A stretch of 61,700 bases of DNA, filler included, from Nemertoderma westbladi (GCA_032718475.1; 3 parts of 3 records of this genome joined end to end with filler, not necessarily neighbours in it); one strand, 5' to 3'; shown: positions 1 to 12,699, counted from the whole stretch's first letter. Numbers and translations are program-made. Notes: generated by a model from the letters alone, not told the origin.

Positions 1-864
1 ATAAAACAATAATAGCGATGATAGCGATGATACATTTAGTGATATAATAAAACAATAATAGCGATGATACATTTAGTGATATAATAAAACAATAATAGCG
101 ATGATACATTTAGTGATATAATAAAACAATAATAGCGATGATACATTTAGTGATATAATAAAACAATAATAGCGATGATACATTTAGTGATATAATAAAA
201 CAATAATAGCGATGATACATTTAGTGATATAATAAAACAATAATAGCGATGATACATTTAGTGATATAATAAAACAATAATAGCGATGATACATTTAGTG
301 ATATAATAAAACAATAATAGCGATGATACATTTAGTGATATAATAAAACAATAATAGCGATGATACATTTAGTGATATAATAAAACAATAATAGCGATGA
401 TACATTTAGTGATATAATAAAACAATAATAGCGATGATACATTTAGTGATATAATAAAACAATAATAGCGATGATACATTTAGTGATATAATAAAACAAT
501 AATAGCGATGATACATTTAGTGATATAATAAAACAATAATAGCGATGATACATTTAGTGATATAATAAAACAATAATAGCGATGATACATTTAGTGATAT
601 AATAAAACAATAATAGCGATGAAACATTTAGTGATATAATAAAACAATAATAGCGATGATACATTTAGTGATACAATAAAACAATAATAGCGATGATACA
701 TTTAGTGATATAATAAAACAATAATAGCGATGATACATTTAGTGATATAATAAAACAATAATAGCGATGATACATTTAGTGATATAATAAAACAATAATA
801 GCGATGATACATTTAGTGATACAATAAAACAATAATAGCGATGATACATTTAGTGATATAATAA
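1..864. repeat. 37-bp tandem minisatellite (ATAAAACAATAATAGCGATGATACATTTAGTGATATA), about 23 copies, runs off the window start
   Basis: The unit recurs at a 37-bp period (e.g. 121, 158, 195) with very few substitutions. Confidence 0.97.
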
Positions 865-1400
865 ATTATTAAAGAAATGAAAACTTCTGATATGTTTTTT
901 TCCTAACATTTTTTTTCATTTATTTGACGAATGGTCTTATTTCACCAGGAAAGACTCATTTGGTATGGAGTTATGATATAACACTACATGCAATTTCAGT
1001 AACAAAAGCTCAAAACATCAGTTGTCAATATTATTAAATTGTATAGGCCTAACTGCTCAATAAAATTCGTATAACAACAAAATACTTTGTTGTGTTTACA
1101 GTAGTGTTATAATAGTAGGTGTAATAAGTACATACATACCTCAGGTTGCGATTTACAGTATTACATTATTATTATATTTACAGTAAGTATTACAGTAGGT
1201 TGGATGATGTAATTATATTCCCTCAGTTACTCTATGTTCTACAGCATTACAATTTAATTCACAAAGGAAACTTGATGCTGTTTTCAATTAATTAAATTTG
1301 AAAGGTGATAATTTCATGTGCGTCGCGTTGATAGTATTATAATAACTGAAGCAATATAATAGAAGCTGCTTCTTAAAGAAATTGTTTGGAAAGAATATGA

Positions 1401-2513
1401 CTACTACTAGGATCGGCATGCTGCATTGCAGATGCATTTTTAAGAATGCTGTGCCGGCTTATCGACAAAATTGCACCGCCACAACTCCCTATCACCCATG
1501 ACATTTGCTAGATCATCCGCATTTTCAAGGCCAGTGTCCTTTAAGATGCGTCTCAAGAAAGTCATGGGCTGTCCACCATGCTTATTCACTCCATGAGGCT
1601 GCTAAAGTACAAGATTATGCACTGGCTGGTCCTCACGGCGAAAGCAATGTCCTGCAAAGCGGAGGCGATTTTGTTCTAGTGTCAAGCTTGGGGGAACCAA
1701 TGAGACACCTCCAATGTTATATAGTGTCTGGTTGGAGATGTGTGCATTGTACTTGACACAATGAACCCGGCGTAGCATTCTTGTGAATGTGCCATCCAGA
1801 GATTTGGTGTCCTCAGCAGTTAGAGCCCAGCATGGACTCTCATAGAGGAGTACTGGAACTACTGCTGCTCTAAATAATCGAACCTTTAGTTTCCGATTAA
1901 TTCTCGGAGACTTCCAAATCCTGGAAAGCCTATTCAAGGCTGCCCATGCCTTTCCCTTACGTATTCGAAGGTCCTGACCTGACTTCCGGATCCATGATCC
2001 CAGGTAACAGAAGTCATCCACATGCTCAAGCATACCATCTTTTGAGCTTATGCTCATCCGATCAGAGACTTGCTGAGGACTTTCAAAGTTAACTGTCAAA
2101 ATTTTGGTCTTTCTGGAGTTATTAAAAAGACCAACACTAGAGGCAGCATGTTCTAATGAGCTGAGGAGCCGTTGGGCTCCCTCTAGTGATTCTGAGTGTA
2201 CTCCTAAGTCATCAGCAAAGTCTAGATCAGTTAGGTACTTGGTAGGATTTCCTCGACTTTTGGAGCCAGTAGGTGGAGTTATCATCACCCCATCATCATT
2301 ATGATGATCTAAGGACATGCGTAGAACATAGTCAACCACAATAATGAACAAGAATGGTGCAAGTGTGTCTCCTTGGAGGACGCCCCATAACACTTCAAAT
2401 GGTTCTGTGTCACCGTCAACAGTAGACACAAATGTTGTCGAACCATCGTATACTGATCTGATTGCTGCAATAATTTCATCAGGAATCCCATATAATGAAA
2501 GTATGCTGAACAT
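1401..2513 (-). mobile_element. 5'-truncated RTE-like non-LTR retrotransposon (LINE), RT C-terminal half and 3' end
   Basis: ORF 1602-2513 has GVLQGDTLAPFLF, DFADDL and FCYLGS RT motifs. A TGG>TAG nonsense change at about 1602 is visible against the copy at 16768. The element ends in a (TAG)n tail at 1401-1410. Confidence 0.9.
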
Positions 2514-4129
2514 ACGATATGACGAATATTCGGCAGGGGGGGGAGGGGGGGGGGGGGGGGGGGGGACACTTCTAAATTTTTAAATGATAGGTAAAATTTA
2601 AAATTAAAAGAATATCAGAAACTAGCTATATATAAGATTATCAACTTTCTATAAAACGTTCTACAATCAAATACTATGTTCTAGGATTATTTGTAAAAAT
2701 AACAACTAGCTAGTTCATACATTATTTTCAACTTTTTGAAACAAGTTCTAGAGGTACTACTGTAGTCCACATCCCACCCCAAATTTTTATCTATTAGCTA
2801 GCTTTTGATAATTTCTTTTGTGTTTCATGTTTCAAAACATGTTAGTTATTTTATTGTAAAAAAATTAATGTTTCAGAACAAATATTTTTTGTTCTAGAAC
2901 ATTTTTTAGACAAAAGCCTGGTTAGAATTAAAAAGCATGGGGTTGTTCTAAAACGTGTTTAACATTCTTAAAATATTTTTTTTAATATTTTAACATTTTT
3001 AAAATTAATTTAAATTAGTTTCATAACTTCTGGATCTCCTTGATAGTAGTAGATTAATTTACTTGTTGCTGTTGTTTGTAGCTCACATACGGAACTCTAG
3101 CCTTTATTACTTATGAAATGTAACAACATGACATTTTCCAGAACGTTTTCTACGCTCAAAGTGGCAATTAATGTATAGGACTAGCTAGTATTTATAAAAG
3201 AGAATAATGTTGCCAGAGAATTACTAATACACTAATGCAAAATACTATTGATATACATTGTATATGATGGGGAGGTATCTGGGTTGAGCCCAAGTGAGGC
3301 TGAGGATCAGTTTAAATCTCACTTTGAGGCCTTACTTAATCCCAATACGAACGACAGTAAGGAGTTGCTTTTGGAGGTTTCTGTATTTAACACAAGGGGT
3401 ACATTGCATTGGTATCTTTGGGTGTTCTAACGGCTTTTTCGGGAAATTGGATGTTGTTCTTGCCTACTATTTGGGTATATTTATCTAGCATTTTTATAAC
3501 ATAAATCATTGTTACCATGGCAACAATGTAGAGTTCTAGAACAAAATATAATTATTATACACAATTCTAGAACATTAATAAAATAAAAAGTATAATGTTC
3601 TAGAACATATAGCTAGTCATTTTTTAAATTTAAAATGGCTAGTAATAAAAAAAAACTACATTTTTATAACATAAATCATTGTTACCATGCTAAAAATGTA
3701 AACTGCTATAATATAATTTAATATCATTAATATCATTATTTCAGTTTAAACCTGAATTTTCAATGTTTTCACATTTATTTATAATTACAAAAAATACTAG
3801 CTAGTAAAAAAACATATCTACTAATATTCTAGAACACAATAAATCGCAGTATTTTTAGTTAGTATGTTGTAATGTTAGTATATAAGAAATCATGTTTTGA
3901 AAAATTACTAGCTAGTCGATTAGCTAATGTTCTAGATCACAATATTTTTTTGAGAAAAGTTGCAATGAAGTCAGTGGTATATTATTATGCGAAAAGTAGA
4001 TCATTTCATTAATTAATATCAAAATATCAAATGCGACTGCATACGGACGGAACTCTAGCCCTTTATTTAATATTATGCTTTAGTTTAATCTGTACACCCA
4101 GCCAGTTGGGTTTAAGTAAACTGATTACT

Positions 4130-5504
4130 TTATTTTAGTCTGAACGATCACTATGTAGTAACTACCGAGGTATTATCCATTTTGGATACACTCGCCAAAT
4201 TGAATGATATGTTGCTAATTGTCAGACTGTCAGACAGACATGCATTTAATAAATGTCATACAGGGGCTCAGAAGGGCCGTTCATGTGTTGAACAAATTTT
4301 AGTACTGTGGTTATTAGCTGATCTGGCTCTGTCCATAAAGGCCATGATACACCACAGGAGCGGCGAGCGGCAGCGGCGGGCGGCCGCAGCGAGCGGCCGA
4401 TGTGAGCGGCGACTTTTACTATGATACACTATAGGAGCGGCGAGCGGCAGCAGCCATTTGTGGTGTATCATCACCCATAGAAAATAATGTGTTCTATTTT
4501 TAAAAACTGGCCGCTTGCCGCGGCTGCTTGCCGCGGCCGCTCGCCGCTGCCGCTCGCCGCTGCCGTTCGCCGCTCCTGTGGTCTCTAGTTTTTCCTTAAA
4601 GGAAAAACTTTTTGTGTTGCTCGTTTTTGCCTTCTCGAAGGCCTAGGCCTACGATGATGTACGTCGAGGAATAATCTGTTTAACCAGGTTGTGGTCGCGT
4701 TATGTTATTGGCTTTACATACAGCATACCAATGTACCTCCAGTATTTTTAAGTCAACAATCATGGTCAGACAAGGTGCACCCGCATCATGTTTATTATTT
4801 TGTGTTTATATGAACCAGTTTTACACTAATACGTGGTGCTGTTGCTAGTGCCCGCTTTCTGGGGGCACTACAATTGTTACGGGGTTATCCCTATATGCAC
4901 TTCGGAGATCGAAATACCAATATATCGCCTTATTAGTCGATAGCTAAAGAACGGATCATGGATAGAGAGTAGCAAAAAGGACATCGAAGTTAGGAAAGCA
5001 AAGGCTTTGGTAGCTCTATCAAAAATGGATACCATCTGGAAATCAGATCTCTCCGGGCACCTGAAGACTAAGTTCTTTCGAACCACAGTGGAAAGTGTAT
5101 TTTTATACGGGGGTGAGACCTGGACACTGATTAAATCACTTGAACAACGAATTGATGGTTGCTACACAATACTACTAAGGGCAGCCCTAAACATCAGCTG
5201 GAAACAACACAGAACAAACGCCGAGCTTTATGGTACAATACCACCTGTATCAACCACCCTCCGTGAACGCATATTAAGATTCATTCGGCACTACTGCTGG
5301 CGAAGTAAATACCAGATCTACTTTTCTGTCAACCAACTCAAGATAAGCGTAGTCGTGGACGACCGGCCATGACATATATAGATCAACTTGAAAGGGATAC
5401 CGAACTTGGGTGAAACGAAATTGCGACAACTATGGAGAATCGGGAAGCCTAGAAGGATCTCATTTCCACTGCCCGATTTCGCTCGACCTAGTAGTAGTAG
5501 TAGT
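4130..5504 (+). mobile_element. Degenerate RTE-like LINE fragment (second family) with (TAG)n tail
   Basis: Broken RT motifs (YRGI-like, GAQKGRSCVEQIL, FSKA..YD, VRQGAP), the C-terminal ORF 5007-5372 (ESVFLYGGETW...DGCYT.LLR..LNISW) and a TAGTAGTAG tail at 5490-5504. Confidence 0.75.
4339..4596. mobile_element. GC-rich MITE with TAA target-site duplication (PIF/Harbinger-like) inserted in the LINE
   Basis: ACCACAGGAGCGGCG near the left end and CGCCGCTCCTGTGGT near the right end are inverted. TAA occurs at 4336-4338 and 4597-4599. Removing the element rejoins the degenerate RT segment LADLALSI..LFVLLVFAFSKA. Confidence 0.7.
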
Positions 5505-5959
5505 CGATAGCCAAATTACGGGATTAATTATCACCCCGAGTTTGTTACCTACAAAGAAAGGTCAGGTTAATAAACATTAACCAATCATATTACAGTAAAT
5601 GTATGTAGAAAATAACAATAAATGTACCAATAATATGATTGAGAAAATTATATGTAAATTCATGATAGAATTCGGAAACGCAGAAAGGATGTCGATAACG
5701 AAAGATCCAGAGCTATTAGTGGGTTTTACTTATGTACAATGCGAAAGATTATAGAAGTATTGGGTGCCATGCTGGATCTATATCAACGTTATCTTCTAAA
5801 CATCGAGAACATCTGTGGACATAATATCTCTGCCGATATTAGAAGAACCGCAACCAGTAGAAATACTGAGTAGAAGTAGCCTAATAAATATGGAGCCAAT
5901 GAGAAAATGTGAAACTTCAGGGGTTCCTGAACCCATACCGGAGAAATTTTATAACTTAA

Positions 5960-6528
5960 GGTGCTTCCAAACCAAAAAATTTGAAATTACCGAATTTTTC
6001 AAAAAACATATCATCTAATGCACAAATTGACGTAGATTGAATTAAGGTCCCATGACCTGAATCTCTAGCAGTCAAAAGTTATATAAATTTTTCTGTGAAA
6101 TTTTTCAAGTCAGTCGTGATTTTTCAAATTTTGGCACACATTTTGAAATATTTTTGTTTCTTATTATATTTTCGAAATTTACCCACCTAGAACAGAATTG
6201 AATGTAGATTCCAAAAGTCGATAACAAATTACCGGAATCAACTCCAATCAAAACTTATAAACGTTAATCTGGGCACATATGCAAAATGCGTCTAAGGACT
6301 TTTGGGGCCATTTCGGATCATCGCATTTAATCACATTCGCCTATACAAAGAAAATTTGAAAAGTAACAGACCGCCTTGAAAAATTTCACAGAAAAATAGG
6401 CATAACTTTTGATTGCTTGAAACCTTGTCATGGGACCTTGATTTTTGGAATCTACGTCAAATTTTGCATTAGATGAGAAGTTTTATGAAAAATGCAGCAA
6501 TTTCAAATTTTTTGGTGTGCAACCACCT
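5960..6528. mobile_element. Non-autonomous TIR element (about 155-bp imperfect TIRs, TTAA flanks; Kolobok- or piggyBac-type target) within the kinase gene
   Basis: GGTGCTTCCAAACCAAAAAATTTGAAATT at 5960 is the imperfect reverse complement of AATTTCAAATTTTTTGGTGTGCAACCACC at about 6500-6527. The similarity extends about 155 bp, and TTAA lies on both sides. Confidence 0.85.
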
Positions 6529-6547
6529 TTAATTAATTCTAATTAGT

Positions 6548-7534
6548 TCCATCGGCGAAGGAACCACATCAATTGTTTATAAAGTCCGCCACAAAATAAC
6601 AAATAAATTATATGCCTTAAAGACGATTCGTAAAATGAGACATGATGGTAAAGAATTCAAAAAATTGCTTAAAGAAAATCCTCTAATTGATGTAGGGAAG
6701 GCTGTGGAGACAGTGCTAGAAACAAATATGCAATATTTTGAGGATGAGATAAAGGCGTTATCATTGGTCCACCAGTGTCCATTTATTGTGCAACTGCATG
6801 AATCGTTCCAGGATCAAAAGCACTTATACTTGCTACTTAGTTTCGCTGAAGGAGGCGAATTGTATGATCAAATAGGCCTACATTTTAGAACGACAGGTCG
6901 ATTTCTAGACGAGATAAAAACCCAGTTCTATGCTGCAGAAATAGCTTGCGCTCTTGGTTTTTTGCATGAAAATGAAATTTTATATCGCGATTTAAAACCC
7001 GAGAATTGTTTTCTAGATGAGGAAGGTCACATAATGCTAGGCGATTTTGGTTTCACAAAAACTGGCATGAGTGGATCCGTTAGTACCAGAACCATTTGTG
7101 GTACCGAATTATTTATGTGTCCAGCTAGGGTTAAATGTGAGGATTACGGATTTGCAACGGATTGGTGGTCTCTCGGGGTTTTAATATTTGAAATGCGTTG
7201 CGGTAACCATCCTTTTAGTGACGTTCTCCGAAGAAATGAAAAACGCGCAGAACGGAAACAGCCACTTGAAATATTTGAGGCAATAATACATGAGGAACCG
7301 GCTATGGAATTCCTTCCAAGTAACACTAAAGAGGAAACCAAAGATATCATCCTTAAACTTTTGCACAAAACGGAGTCCCTTAGACTGGGCTATGGGGGCG
7401 ATTTTAACGAAGTTAGAAGTCATGCGTTCTTCAATGATATCGATTTCAATCGGCTTCGAGAAAAACAAATTAAGCCCCCGCGAATGATACATGCCCTCGC
7501 TGATGAAGCTAGTTGCAGTTTCGCTAATTTCTGA
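6548..7534 (+). CDS. AGC-group serine/threonine protein kinase (PKA/S6K/SGK-like), main coding exon
   Basis: The frame is open upstream of the ATG at 6635 and gives IGEGTTSIVYKV (Gly loop) and YALK. Downstream are YRDLKPEN, DFG, TICGT, DWWSLG, RLG...HAFF.DIDF..L..K.IKPP, and a C-terminal FANF-stop. A probable upstream exon lies at 5890-5960. Confidence 0.9.
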   Translation, partial: SIGEGTTSIVYKVRHKITNKLYALKTIRKMRHDGKEFKKLLKENPLIDVGKAVETVLETNMQYFEDEIKALSLVHQCPFIVQLHESFQDQKHLYLLLSFAEGGELYDQIGLHFRTTGRFLDEIKTQFYAAEIACALGFLHENEILYRDLKPENCFLDEEGHIMLGDFGFTKTGMSGSVSTRTICGTELFMCPARVKCEDYGFATDWWSLGVLIFEMRCGNHPFSDVLRRNEKRAERKQPLEIFEAIIHEEPAMEFLPSNTKEETKDIILKLLHKTESLRLGYGGDFNEVRSHAFFNDIDFNRLREKQIKPPRMIHALADEASCSFANF

Positions 7535-7578
7535 CAATTTAATGCGAAATACAATTCCGAGCGATAGTCAATGGCGTT

Positions 7579-10500
7579 TCCAGTATCTCATGGAATGGGA
7601 GGGGGTGGGCGGTGGTTGCTCTGTAGTAACTTACTTCCACAGTATCTCAAGGAATGGGAGGGGGTGGGCGGTGGTTGCTCTGTAGTAACTTACTTCGACA
7701 GTATCTCTAGGAATGGGAGGGGATGGGTGGTGGTTGCTCTGTAGTAACTTACTTCGACAGTATCTCTAGGAATGGGAGGGGATGGGCGGTGGTTGCTCCG
7801 TAGTAACTTACTTCCCCCGTATCTCAAGGAATGGGAGGGGGTGGGCGGTGGTTGCTCTGTAGTAACTTACTTCGACAGTATCTCTAGGAATGGGAGGGGG
7901 TGGGCGGTGGTTGCTCTGTAGTAACTTACTTCCCCAGTATCTCAAGGAATGGGAGGGGGTGGGCGGTGGTTGCTCTGTAGTAACTTACTTCCCCAGTATC
8001 TCAAGGAATGGGAGGGGGTGGGCGGTGGTTGCTCTGTAGTAACTTACTTCCCCAGTATCTTATGGAACGGGAGGGGGTGGGTGGTGGTTGCTCTGTAGTA
8101 ACTTACTTCCCCAGTATCACAATGAATGGGAGGGGGTGGGCGGTGGTTGCTCTGTAGTAACTTACTTCCCCAGTATCTTATGGAACGGGAGGGGGTGGGC
8201 GGTGGTTGCTCCGTAGTAACTTACTTCCACAGTATCTCAAGGAATGGGAGGGGGTGGGTGGTGGTTGCTCTGTAGTAACTTACTTCCCCAGTATCTCATG
8301 GAATGGGAGGGGGTGGATGGTGGTTGCTCTGTAGTAACGTACTTCCCCAGTATCTCAAGGAACGGGAGGGGGTGGGCGGTGGTTGCTCTGTAGTAACTTA
8401 CTTCCCCAGTATCTTATGGAACGGGAGGGGGTGGGTGGTGGTTGCTCCGTAGTAACTTACTTCCACAGTATCTCAAGGAATGGGAGGGGGTGGGTGGTGG
8501 TTGCTCTGTAGTAACTTACTTCCCCAGTATCTCATGGAATGGGAGGGGGTGGATGGTGGTTGCTCTGTAGTAACGTACTTCCCCAGTATCTCAAGGAATG
8601 GGAGGGGGTGGGTGGTGGTTGCTCTGTAGTAACTTACTTCCCCAGTATCACAATGAATGGGAGGGGGTGGGCGGTGGTTGCTCTGTAGTAACTTACTTCG
8701 ACAGTATCTCTAGGAATGGGAGGGGGTGGGTGGTGGTTGCTCTGTAGTAACTTACTTCCCCAGTATCACAATGAATGGGAGGGGGTGGGCGGTGGTTGCT
8801 CTGTAGTAACTTACTTCGACAGTATCTCTAGGAATGGGAGGGGATGGGTGGTGGTTGCTCTGTAGTAACTTACTTCCCCAGTATCTCAAGGAATGGGAGG
8901 GGGTGGGCGGTGGTTGCTCCGTAGTAACTTACTTCCACAGTATCTCAAGGAATGGGAGGGGGTGGGTGGTGGTTGCTCTGTAGTAACTTACTTCCCCAGT
9001 ATCACAATGAATGGGAGGGGGTGGACGGTGGTTGCTCCGTAGTAACTTACTTCCCCAGTATCTTATGGAACGGGAGGGGGTGGGTGGTGGTTACTCCGTA
9101 GTAACTTACTTTCCCAGTATCTTATGGAACGGGAGGGGGTGGGTGGTGGTTGCTCTGTAGTAACTTACTTCCCCAGTATCTCAAGGAATGGGAGGGGATG
9201 GATGGTGGTTGCTCCATAGTAACTTACTTCCCCAGTATCTCAAGGAATGGGAGGGGGTGGGCGGTGGTTGCTCTGTAGTAACTTACTTCCCCAGTATCTC
9301 ATGGAATGGGAGGGGGTGGATGGTGGTTGCTCTGTAGTAACTTACTTCCCCAGTATCACAATGAATGGGAGGGGGTGGGCGGTGGTTGCTCTGTAGTAAC
9401 TTACTTCGACAGTATCTCTAGGAATGGGAGGGGATGGGTGGTGGTTGCTCTGTAGTAACTTACTTCGACAGTATCTCTAGGAATGGGAGGGGATGGGCGG
9501 TGGTTGCTCCGTAGTAACTTACTTCCCCCGTATCTCAAGGAATGGGAGGGGGTGGGCGGTGGTTGCTCTGTAGTAACTTACTTCGACAGTATCTCTAGGA
9601 ATGGGAGGGGATGGGTGGTGGTTGCTCCGTAGTAACTTACTTCCCCAGTATCTCAAGGAATGGGAGGGGGTGGGTGGTGGTTGCTCTGTAGTAACTTACT
9701 TCGACAGTATCTCTAGGAATGGGAGGGGGTGGGCGGTGGTTGCTCTGTAGTAACTTACTTCCCCAGTATCTTATGGAACGGGAGGGGGTGGGTGGTGGTT
9801 GCTCTGTAGTAACTTACTTCCCCAGTATCTCAAGGAATGGGAGGGGGTGGGCGGTGGTTGCTCCGTAGTAACTTACTTCCCCAGTATCTCAAGGAATGGG
9901 AGGGGGTGGGCGGTGGTTGCTCCGTAGTAACTTACTTCCCCAGTATCTCATGGAATGGGAGGGGGTGGGTGGTGGTTGCTCTGTAGTAACTTACTTCCAC
10001 AGTATCTCAAGGAATGGGAGGGGGTGGGCGGTGGTTGCTCTGTAGTAACTTACTTCCCCAGTATCTCAAGGAATGGGAGGGGGTGGGCGGTGGTTGCTCT
10101 GTAGTAAGTTACTTCCCCAGTATCTCAAGGAATGGGAGGGGGTGGGCGGTGGTTGCTCTGTAGTAACTTACTTCCCCAGTATCACAAGGAATGGGAGGGG
10201 GTGGGCGGTGGTTGCTCTGTAGTAACTTACTTCCCCAGTATCTCAAGGAATGGGAGGGGGTGGGCGGTGGTTGCTCTGTAGTAACTTACTTCGACAGTAT
10301 CACAAGGAATGGGAGGGGGTGGATGGTGGTTGCTCTGTAGTAACTTACTTCCACAGTATCTCAAGGAATGGGAGGGGGTGGGCGGTGGTTGCTCCGTAGT
10401 AACTTACTTCCCCAGTATCTCAAGGAATGGGAGGGGGTGGGCGGTGGTTGCTCCGTAGTAACTTACTTCCCCAGTATCTCAAGGAATGGGAGGGGGTGGG

Positions 10501-12625
10501 CGGTGGTTGCTCTGTAGTAACTTACTTCCCCAGTATCACAAGGAATGGGAGGGGGTGGGCGGTGGTTGCTCTGTAGTAACTTACTTCCCCAGTATCTCAA
10601 GGAATGGGAGGGGGTGGGCGGTGGTTGCTCTGTAGTAACTTACTTCGACAGTATCACAAGGAATGGGAGGGGGTGGATGGTGGTTGCTCTGTAGTAACTT
10701 ACTTCCACAGTATCTCAAGGAATGGGAGGGGGTGGGCGGTGGTTGCTCCGTAGTAACTTACTTCCCCAGTATCTCAAGGAATGGGAGGGGGTGGGCGGTG
10801 GTTGCTCTGTAGTAACTTACTTCCCCAGTATCACAAGGAATGGGAGGGGGTGGATGGTGGTTGCTCTGTAGTAACTTACTTCCACAGTATCTCAAGGAAT
10901 GGGAGGGGGTGGGCGGTGGTTGCTCCGTAGTAACTTACTTCCCCAGTATCTCAAGGAATGGGAGGGGGTGGGCGGTGGTTGCTCCGTAGTAACTTACTTC
11001 CCCAGTATCTCATGGAATGGGAGGGGGTGGGCGGTGGTTGCTCCGTAGTAACTTACTTCCCCAGTATCTCAAGGAATGGGAGGGGGTGGGCGGTGGTTGC
11101 TCCGTAGTAACTTACTTCCCCAGTATCTCATGGAATGGGAGGGGGTGGGCGGTGGTTGCTCTGTAGTAACTTACTTCCCCAGTATCTCAAGGAATGGGAG
11201 GGGGTGGGCGGTGGTTGCTCTGTAGTAAGTTACTTCCCCAGTATCTCAAGGAATGGGAGGGGGTGGGCGGTGGTTGCTCTGTAGTAACTTACTTCCCCAG
11301 TATCACAAGGAATGGGAGGGGGTGGGCGGTGGTTGCTCTGTAGTAACTTACTTCCCCAGTATCTCAAGGAATGGGAGGGGGTGGGCGGTGGTTGCTCTGT
11401 AGTAACTTACTTCCCCAGTATCACAAGGAATGGGAGGGGGTGGGCGGTGGTTGCTCTGTAGTAACTTACTTCCCCAGTATCTTATGGAACGGGAGGGGGT
11501 GGGTGGTGGTTGCTCTGTAGTAACTTACTTCCCCAGTATCTCATGGAATGGGAGGGGGTGGGCGGTGGTTGCTCTGTAGTAACTTACTTCGACAGTATCT
11601 CTAGGAATGGGAGGGGGTGGGCGGTGGTTGCTCTGTAGTAACTTACTTCCCCAGTATCTCAAGGAATGGGAGGGGATGGGTGGTGGTTGCTCTGTAGTAA
11701 CTTACTTCCCCAGTATCACAAGGAATGGGAGGGGGTGGGCGGTGGTTGCTCTGTAGTAACTTACTTCCCCAGTATCTCAAGGAATGGGAGGGGGTGGGCG
11801 GTGGTTGCTCTGTAGTAACTTACTTCCCCAGTATCTCAAGGAATGGGAGGGGGTGGGCGGTGGTTGCTCTGTAGTAACTTACTTCCCCAGTATCTCAAGG
11901 AATGGGAGGGGGTGGGCGGTGGTTGATCTGTAGTAACTTACTTCGACAGTATCTCTAGGAATGGGAGGGGGTGGGCGGTGGTTGCTCTGTAGTAACTTAC
12001 TTCCCCAGTATCTCAAGGAATGGGAGGGGGTGGGCGGTGGTTGCTCTGTAGTATGTTACTTCCCCAGTATCTCAAGGAATGGGAGGGGGTGGGCGGTGGT
12101 TGCTCCGTAGTAACTTACTTCCCCAGTATCTCAAGGAATGGGAGGGGGTGGGCGGTGGTTGCTCCGTAGTAACTTACTTCCCCAGTATCTCAAGGAATGG
12201 GAGGGGGTGGGTGGTGGTTGCTCTGTAGTAACTTACTTCCCCAGTATCTCAAGGAATGGGAGGGGGTGGGCGGTGGTTGCTCTGTAGTAACTTACTTCCC
12301 CAGTATCTCAAGGAATGGGAGGGGGTGGGCGGTGGTTGCTCTGTAGTAACTTACTTCCCCAGTATCTCAATGAATGGAAGGGGTTGGGCGGTGGTTGCTC
12401 TGTAGTAACTTACTTCCACAGTATCTCAAGGAATGGGAGGGGGTGGGTGGTGGTTGCTCTGTAGTAACTTACTTCCCCAGTATCTCAAGGAATGGGAGGG
12501 GGTGGGTGGTGGTTGCTCCGTAGTAACTTACTTCCCCAGTATCTCAAGGAATGGGAGGGGGTGGGCGGTGGTTGCTCTGTAGTAAGTTACTTCCACAGTA
12601 TCTCAAGGAATGGGAGGGGGTGGGT
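7579..12625. repeat. 59-bp G-rich minisatellite (CAGTATCTCAAGGAATGGGAGGGGGTGGGCGGTGGTTGCTCTGTAGTAACTTACTTCCC), about 85 copies
   Basis: Continuous 59-bp periodicity over 5 kb with a small set of recurring variants. Confidence 0.98.
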
Positions 12626-12699
12626 GATATTGAAGCTTCAAGTCTTAGTGGTACGTCATTATTGGTACACCACAATTAGGGCATGGTACTTTTTCAAAA

